Positions 57,968 through 64,000 of a DNA stretch of 64,000 nt are shown here, piece by piece. The stretch's first letter is position 1. Each line of letters begins with the position of its first letter. The notes under the pieces are model-generated. The model was not told the origin of the DNA and ran no database searches. It saw only the letters and a list, made by a program, of their open reading frames with translations. Where the stretch lies: the IMG/VR virus record IMGVR_UViG_3300021511_000003, positions 62,001 through 126,000 of that record; one strand, written 5' to 3'. The position numbers and the translations under genes are program-made.

Positions 57968-59023
57968 ATGATTCAATTATGTGAATATGGTTGTGAAAGA
58001 ATAGCATTATTTCCACCAAGAAAAGGACAAAGAAAATGGTGTTGTTCTGAGAAATTCACACAATGTCCAGCAATGATAACAAAAATGAATATAAAGAAAC
58101 GTGGTCGAAGCTGGGATGAAACGTTAGGCATTGCTGAAGCAAATAAAAAACGAGAAAAGTTAAGAAAAAATATGTTAGAAAATAATCCAATGAATATTAT
58201 GGATCCATGGAATAAAGGAAAAAAAGATATTTATAGTGAAGAAACTTTAAGAAAAATGAAAAATAATCGTTGTAGTAATAAGGGAATTTCATGGAATGAA
58301 TTATATGGTGGTGAAAAAGCTGAGATTTTAAAAAAAGAACAATCTAAAAGAATGACTAAATGGAATAAAGGTCGAAAACCATGGAATGTAAATAAACCAG
58401 GTTGTTTTAATAAAAGAACGTTGAATTTAATGTCTGAAAAAGCAAAAGGTAGAATGAAAGATAGAAAATTAAGAAATAAAATTTCAACTACTCTTAAAAA
58501 AGGAATTGATTATTATTTAGAAACATATCCTTTTTTCTCTAACATAGAAAAAATAAAAGAAGGAAAAAATAAAGAAATATTAGTAAAGTGTAAAAATTGT
58601 GGAAAATATTTTGAACCAAATGGAACTCAGTTATATGAAAGAATTAGACAACTTGAAAAAATTGATGGGAATGATGGGTGTTATTTTTATTGTTCTGAAG
58701 AATGTAAACAACAATGCCCTTTATATAACTTAAAGCAGAATCCTTTAAAAATAACTAAAAAATATTATACAGATGAGGAATATCAAACATTTAGGAAATT
58801 TGTATTGGAAAGAGATAATTATAAATGTCAGTATTGTGGTGAAAAAGCAGAACATGTACATCATGAAAAACCACAAAAACTTGAACCATTTTTTGCACTT
58901 GATCCTGATTTTGCCTGGTCTGTATGTAAAAAGTGCCATTATAAATACGGTCATAAAGATGAATGTTCTACTGGCAAACTATCTAATATAATCTGTGGAG
59001 ATAAAAATAATGAAAAAATATAA
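57968..59023 (+). CDS. HNH homing endonuclease (PWNKG repeats)
   Basis: MIQLCEYGC start; family C-terminus. Confidence 0.85.
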   Translation: MIQLCEYGCERIALFPPRKGQRKWCCSEKFTQCPAMITKMNIKKRGRSWDETLGIAEANKKREKLRKNMLENNPMNIMDPWNKGKKDIYSEETLRKMKNNRCSNKGISWNELYGGEKAEILKKEQSKRMTKWNKGRKPWNVNKPGCFNKRTLNLMSEKAKGRMKDRKLRNKISTTLKKGIDYYLETYPFFSNIEKIKEGKNKEILVKCKNCGKYFEPNGTQLYERIRQLEKIDGNDGCYFYCSEECKQQCPLYNLKQNPLKITKKYYTDEEYQTFRKFVLERDNYKCQYCGEKAEHVHHEKPQKLEPFFALDPDFAWSVCKKCHYKYGHKDECSTGKLSNIICGDKNNEKI

Positions 59024-59582
59024 AAACGCATTAATCGAATCTATAATTGGTCATGATGATAAAGTTGAAGTTGTTATGAATGTTGCTGCTGGTGTTATCA
59101 TGAGAATAGATGAGAATAACACCAAACAAATTTTATTGATACAAAGAGCAGAAGATGATCATTGGCCAGGACATTGGGAATTCCCTCGGGGCAAATGCGA
59201 TAAACCAATGGGTGAGAATTTGATAAAATGTTGTAAACGAGAAATTAAAGAAGAGACTGGACTTGATATTGAAGTTTTAACTTTAATTGATAAATTTGAA
59301 TATTTAGCAGATCATGGTAAGAGAAGAAGTATCTGTCATAATTATTTATGTAGAATAAAAGATCCTGAACAAAAGATTAAACTTTCATTTGAGCATCAAG
59401 ATTATCATTGGATAAGTGAAGTTGGTGAAGCTCAATTGATGGTAATGCCAGATCAAAAAAGAACTATTGAAAAAGTATTGAATTCTGATCGTACTATTAC
59501 TAACAACCCTAAAAATGATTTTACAGATAATAACACACAACTTGAAGGATATTTAAAATGGCTTACTATAAAAAACCAATGA
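59010..59582 (+). CDS. NUDIX hydrolase
   Basis: WEFPRGK...GE......REIKEETGL; LSFEH..Y.W. Confidence 0.88.
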   Translation: MKKYKNALIESIIGHDDKVEVVMNVAAGVIMRIDENNTKQILLIQRAEDDHWPGHWEFPRGKCDKPMGENLIKCCKREIKEETGLDIEVLTLIDKFEYLADHGKRRSICHNYLCRIKDPEQKIKLSFEHQDYHWISEVGEAQLMVMPDQKRTIEKVLNSDRTITNNPKNDFTDNNTQLEGYLKWLTIKNQ

Positions 59583-59839
59583 CTAAAATTGAGATTCTAG
59601 TTAGAGATAATGATGATCAGTTGGTTAAAATGATTGAATATATTCGAATACTTTCAGCTCCTGGTCATTCATTTGAAGTAATAGTAGATCCTGACAGAAC
59701 AAAGGAAGAAGGAAAAGCAATATTTTTTATGGATGGTGATGGCTCTTTTTTTATTAAAGATATTAAAAAAAATGGTAAAAAAGTGAAAACTAACAAACAT
59801 GGTAAACTCATTGATGAATATTTAAAGATAATAAAATGA
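59558..59839 (+). CDS. Hypothetical protein
   Basis: 93-aa ORF. Confidence 0.6.
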   Translation: MAYYKKPMTKIEILVRDNDDQLVKMIEYIRILSAPGHSFEVIVDPDRTKEEGKAIFFMDGDGSFFIKDIKKNGKKVKTNKHGKLIDEYLKIIK

Positions 59840-60432
59840 TAATTTTAAAGATTAGTGAGAAAGGACATTATATAGAATTTCCAGGAATGTCTCCATTTAG
59901 AACTCCTGCTGAAGTTAATATTTCACATATTAGTATAAATCTCGTCGTATCCAATCTACAATCACAAGGTATTAAAAAATTTAAAATTATTTCTGATACC
60001 AAGGGTAAAGAGACAGTTTTGACTAATAATGATTTTACTGTCGATAATAGAAGCCCTAAAAAACGAAAAATAGATACATATGAAAAAAGAATCGATCAAT
60101 TAGAAACATTAATTGGTAAACTTATTAGACATCAGACGGTTGAACCAGATTCAAATACAGAACAAATTAATAATAAACTAAATAATATTGAAAAGTTATT
60201 AGAAAAACAATCAACAAAAGTAGTTCAATTTACGAAGAAAAAACAAACAAAAAAAATAAAGAAACAGAAGGGACCTGTAATTGAAGAATTGGGTGAAACT
60301 TTTATTCCATCTATTAATGTTGATGCTTTTGAAATGAAGGGTAATGGAACAAAAATAAAAATTGAACAAGATAATTCAAATCTTGATGAAAGTGCTGATT
60401 TATTATCAAGAATTATGCAGGTAGATGATTAA
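59836..60432 (+). CDS. Hypothetical protein upstream of the actin-like gene
   Basis: 198 aa, coiled-coil middle. Confidence 0.7.
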   Translation: MIILKISEKGHYIEFPGMSPFRTPAEVNISHISINLVVSNLQSQGIKKFKIISDTKGKETVLTNNDFTVDNRSPKKRKIDTYEKRIDQLETLIGKLIRHQTVEPDSNTEQINNKLNNIEKLLEKQSTKVVQFTKKKQTKKIKKQKGPVIEELGETFIPSINVDAFEMKGNGTKIKIEQDNSNLDESADLLSRIMQVDD

Positions 60433-60446
60433 GGAGGTAGTATTTA

Positions 60447-61490
60447 ATGACAGATGAAGCGAACAGCGAAGATAAACAAAAAGGCGAGACTATTTCAATT
60501 GGCCTTGATTGTGGTACAATGCATATTGTTTGCGCCAGATCAGATTCTAATGAAGTTAATATGACAAGAAATGTTTTTCTTCCACTTGATGGAGATGATA
60601 TTCAAATATCAGAATTGAGTGATATCAATTATGTGCGAAGCGATGATGATGAATTATTTATTATTGGATCTGATGCTTTTAAATATGCAAATATTTTTGG
60701 TCAAACTATCTCACGCCCAATGGAAAAAGGATTGATTTCACCGAAAGAAATTTCTGCAATTGATGTATTAACATTGATGATTAGAGAATTAATTGGAGAT
60801 GTTCAAACTAAAGATGCATATTGCTCATATTCAGTTCCTGCTGAGGCTATTGATGAAGGTCGATCTATAACATATCATGAAAATGTATTTGCTCGTATTT
60901 TAAAAACACTTGGAGTAAATTATACATCAGTTAATGAAGCAATGGCAATTATTTATTCAGAATGTGCCCAAGAAAAATTTAGTGGTATTGGTGTGAGTTT
61001 TGGTGCAGGAATGGCAAATATTGCTATAGCATATAAAGGTATTCAAGCATTAACATTTTCAACTGCAAGAGCAGGAGACTGGATTGATAATGAAGCAGCA
61101 GCTTCACTTGGTATGGTTGCAAATAGAGTTACAAGTATCAAAGAAAAATATATGCAGTTATCAGGAGAAGTACATATTAAAAATAAAAAAACAAAAAGAG
61201 TATTAGAAGCTCTTTATTACTATCATAAGGCATTGATTGAGTATACTGTAAAGAAGATCATTGAAGAGTTTAATGATAAGGTTGATATCGAAGTTGATGA
61301 ACCAATACCAATTGTTATTTCAGGTGGTACAAGTATGCCTAAAGGATTTGTTGAATTGTTTAAAGATGTTATATCAGGTTATAATTTACCATTTGAACTT
61401 TCAGAAATTAGACGAGCAAAAAATCCTTTAACAGCGGTAGCAAATGGTCTTCTTGTAAGAACAATGTCAGATGTTAAGGGGATGAAATAA
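60447..61490 (+). CDS. Actin-like ATPase (MreB/ParM/MamK superfamily)
   Basis: IGLDCGT (phosphate 1), NEAMA, GVSFGAGM (phosphate 2), ISGGTS (adenosine), NPLTAVANG (connect 2). Confidence 0.82.
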   Translation: MTDEANSEDKQKGETISIGLDCGTMHIVCARSDSNEVNMTRNVFLPLDGDDIQISELSDINYVRSDDDELFIIGSDAFKYANIFGQTISRPMEKGLISPKEISAIDVLTLMIRELIGDVQTKDAYCSYSVPAEAIDEGRSITYHENVFARILKTLGVNYTSVNEAMAIIYSECAQEKFSGIGVSFGAGMANIAIAYKGIQALTFSTARAGDWIDNEAAASLGMVANRVTSIKEKYMQLSGEVHIKNKKTKRVLEALYYYHKALIEYTVKKIIEEFNDKVDIEVDEPIPIVISGGTSMPKGFVELFKDVISGYNLPFELSEIRRAKNPLTAVANGLLVRTMSDVKGMK

Positions 61491-62158
61491 TGTATAATAA
61501 AAATAAAACAGATTGTCCAAGGGGTTTTTATTTTAACAAAGATAAACAGGAATGTGTTCCTATTCAAACTGGTGTTGAGGATAAACTTATATTAAAAGCA
61601 GAAAGATATTTTTTCAAGGAAAACAAAGATTGCCCAGATGGTTTTCATTGGTGCGATCAAACAAATCAATGTATTGAGGATGACTCAGAAAAAAGACAGG
61701 GAAAAGGAAAAGGATTTGGGAAAGGAAATGGGCCAGTTGGTGTTCCTAAAAATGAAGATGTAAATGGTGTTTTTGAAAAGATTAAAGAATCAGAAATAAT
61801 AATTGACAAAATTCTTAATAGGCTTGAAGAAAGTAATTATCTTAATGATGTTACTTTAAGTACGATCATTATGAAGTATGGAATTAGAGCTTCTAAGATG
61901 TATAATAGATGTATGGATAAAGCAAAAACACATCCTATATTAAGTAAAAATAGAGCTTTTGCCAAAGCCACTTGTAAATATAATGATGCGATGTATAACG
62001 TGAAACAGTTAAAAGCTCATATAGGAATGTGTGCACAAGCAAAGAATCCAAATAAATGTAAAAAACAAGTATTGGATGCAATAAAATTGGATTTAAAGTT
62101 GGCAGCTGTTTATGCCAAAAGAATAAAAAAATTGAAACCAAAACTGAAAAAAAATTGA
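61490..62158 (+). CDS. Cys-rich hypothetical protein (two CP.GF...C repeats)
   Basis: 222-aa ORF. Confidence 0.65.
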   Translation: MYNKNKTDCPRGFYFNKDKQECVPIQTGVEDKLILKAERYFFKENKDCPDGFHWCDQTNQCIEDDSEKRQGKGKGFGKGNGPVGVPKNEDVNGVFEKIKESEIIIDKILNRLEESNYLNDVTLSTIIMKYGIRASKMYNRCMDKAKTHPILSKNRAFAKATCKYNDAMYNVKQLKAHIGMCAQAKNPNKCKKQVLDAIKLDLKLAAVYAKRIKKLKPKLKKN

Positions 62159-62196
62159 TAGATTTTATATAAAAAATAAAAACGAAAGGAATTAAA

Positions 62197-63483
62197 ATGT
62201 TAGTTGAGTCGAAACGTGGAATTTGGAGAGAAGACACAATTCAAAGAGATATATTACCAATACCCTCACAAATTATGCGACAATTTGGTATCTCTGCCGA
62301 AAATGCAAAACATGTATTGAAATTAGAAGATTTAAGAAAAACACCACCTAATATTATTATTGCTGAAGCAAAAAAGACTTTTGGTTTTATGCAAAATTAT
62401 TTCAGTAGACAACAATTAAAAAAGAAACAAAAATATGTAATGGGACTTGGTGTTTTCCAACAACTTTTTAAAGATAGAAAAAATAAAAAAATTAAGTTGT
62501 TGAAAGCTACAGTACCAAAATTTAAAAATGTTTATAAGCCATATATTGGTCAGGATATAACTGACAAAACTATTCTTGTATTCCGAACTGGAGGAATAGG
62601 TGATCTTCTATTTATTCAACCCAATCTAATATATTTAAAAAACAAATATCCCACATGCAAAATCAAATTTGCCTGTGGTCCGCAATATCAACCTATGGTA
62701 AATAATTGGCCTTGTGTTGATGAAGTTTTAGAGTTACCATTCTTATTTAAACATATGATAAAGTCAGATTATCATATGTTATTTGAAGGTGTTATTGAAA
62801 GGTGTGAAGAAGCAAGAACGGTAAATTCTTACCATCTTTTTACACGATGGCTTGGGTTAAATTTACCAGATAATTTACTTATCCCAAGACAAGATCCGAA
62901 AACAGAACTTATTGATAAATGTTTTAATATATTAACAGAATGGGGGATTGTGAATAAATCATTTGTATTGATGCAGTTACGTGCAAGTTCTCCCATTAGA
63001 ACTCCAACACATGAATTTTGGGTTAAAATTATAGACGAACTGAATGAGAGAGGTCACTATGTTGTTTTAACTGATAGCCCAAGACAATCAGAAAAAATTG
63101 ATGAATTTATTAAAATGTTGAAAAAACCAGAAATGATATTTAACTTTTGTAAACATTCAAAATCTATTGCTTATACAATTGCTCTTACTAAATTAAGTAA
63201 ATGTGTTTACGCTACAGATTCAGCATTGATGCATATTGCTGCATCTATGGATATAAAATGTTTTGGCGTATTCGGGCCATTCCCTGGTTATATTAGATTG
63301 AGTACATATCCTTATGCCTCTTGGGTTGATGCAAAAAGAAAGTGCTCACCATGCTGGATTCATTCACATAAACCTTGTCCACAATCGAAAGATGGTTATA
63401 GTCCCTGTTATGATGAACTTGTAAATACTGATGATAAATTGAAAAAAGTCATTGATAAATTTGAGGATTTATTAAACAGATGA
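62197..63483 (+). CDS. GT9-family (heptosyltransferase-like) glycosyltransferase
   Basis: RTGGIGDL, TDSALMHIAA, FGP, CSPC....CP. Confidence 0.85.
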   Translation: MLVESKRGIWREDTIQRDILPIPSQIMRQFGISAENAKHVLKLEDLRKTPPNIIIAEAKKTFGFMQNYFSRQQLKKKQKYVMGLGVFQQLFKDRKNKKIKLLKATVPKFKNVYKPYIGQDITDKTILVFRTGGIGDLLFIQPNLIYLKNKYPTCKIKFACGPQYQPMVNNWPCVDEVLELPFLFKHMIKSDYHMLFEGVIERCEEARTVNSYHLFTRWLGLNLPDNLLIPRQDPKTELIDKCFNILTEWGIVNKSFVLMQLRASSPIRTPTHEFWVKIIDELNERGHYVVLTDSPRQSEKIDEFIKMLKKPEMIFNFCKHSKSIAYTIALTKLSKCVYATDSALMHIAASMDIKCFGVFGPFPGYIRLSTYPYASWVDAKRKCSPCWIHSHKPCPQSKDGYSPCYDELVNTDDKLKKVIDKFEDLLNR

Positions 63484-64000
63484 TTTTATGCGATTATGGG
63501 TGTGGTCGAGAAGCTAAATATCAATTTAAAAATGGTAAATGGTGTTGTAGTAAAAGTAAAAATAGTTGCCCAAAAATGAAGGAATATATGTTTAGAAATA
63601 GAACAGGAAAAAATCATCCTTTATATAATAAAGAACCTTGGAATAAAGGAAAAATAAATATCTATTCTAATATAACACTTCAAAAAATGAAGGAAAATAA
63701 TACTGGTAAAAAATTATCAATTAGTACAAAAGAAAAAATATCTAAATCTTTAAAAAATAGAACCCCTTGGAATAAAGGTAAGACGTATGATGAATTATTT
63801 GGAAGAAAAAAATCTGAAAAATTAAGATTAAAACATAGTATATTTATAAAAAAATTAATCAAAAAAAATAAATATACAACAAATACAATAAGTAAAATTA
63901 AAAATAAATATCCATTATTTTATAAAATTGAAGTAATGAGATATAATCCAAATAAGTCTGTAGAAAAAGAGATTCAAGTACACTGTAAAAATCATAATTG
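63480..64000 (+). CDS. HNH homing endonuclease family member, truncated by the window end
   Basis: MILCDYGCGREAKYQFKNGKWCCS; PWNKG; MRYNP. Confidence 0.8.
   Translation, partial: MILCDYGCGREAKYQFKNGKWCCSKSKNSCPKMKEYMFRNRTGKNHPLYNKEPWNKGKINIYSNITLQKMKENNTGKKLSISTKEKISKSLKNRTPWNKGKTYDELFGRKKSEKLRLKHSIFIKKLIKKNKYTTNTISKIKNKYPLFYKIEVMRYNPNKSVEKEIQVHCKNHN

Noticed and set aside
1-64000. Stop-codon reassignment
   Set aside because: Genes are full length in code 11 and TAA, TGA and TAG all end genes at operon junctions.
1-64000. Cellular (bacterial or archaeal) chromosome
   Set aside because: The RNAP genes are divergent and have no ribosomal-protein neighbours; baseplate, neck and T4-like replication genes are interspersed with them.

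Overview
A 64-kb segment of a very AT-rich, densely coding, large (jumbo-type) tailed dsDNA phage, read in the standard bacterial code. Genes run on the minus strand to about 51.1 kb and on the plus strand after that. All protein assignments come from motif recognition, not database searches. The window encodes an unsplit multisubunit RNA polymerase (beta' upstream of beta) and a T4-like replication and recombination set: primase, clamp, clamp loader, 5'-3' exonuclease, RecD/Dda-like helicase, RecA/UvsX, RuvC, a Cas4-like nuclease and a class II RNR. Virion genes include gp5/VgrG-like, PAAR-like, gp53-like and neck proteins plus an amidase. Accessory genes include an HldE kinase, a GT9 glycosyltransferase, a queuosine-salvage hydrolase, a LigD phosphoesterase, KhpA, an actin-like ATPase, a NUDIX hydrolase and two M48 peptidases. 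One HNH homing-endonuclease family is present as seven copies plus three miniature remnants. The best candidate for an undescribed system is at 1488-4674 (minus strand): a promoter-like motif, then 4-5 small RNA modules sharing a covarying two-helix scaffold with different inserts, then a Ro60/TROVE-like vWA gene and an ARPP-type gene. One insert is a complete tRNA-Ile(UAU)-like cloverleaf and another is a circularly permuted tRNA-Ile(UAU). A canonical c-di-GMP-I riboswitch also precedes the phage hldE gene. The host is probably an anaerobic Gram-negative bacterium (inference only).
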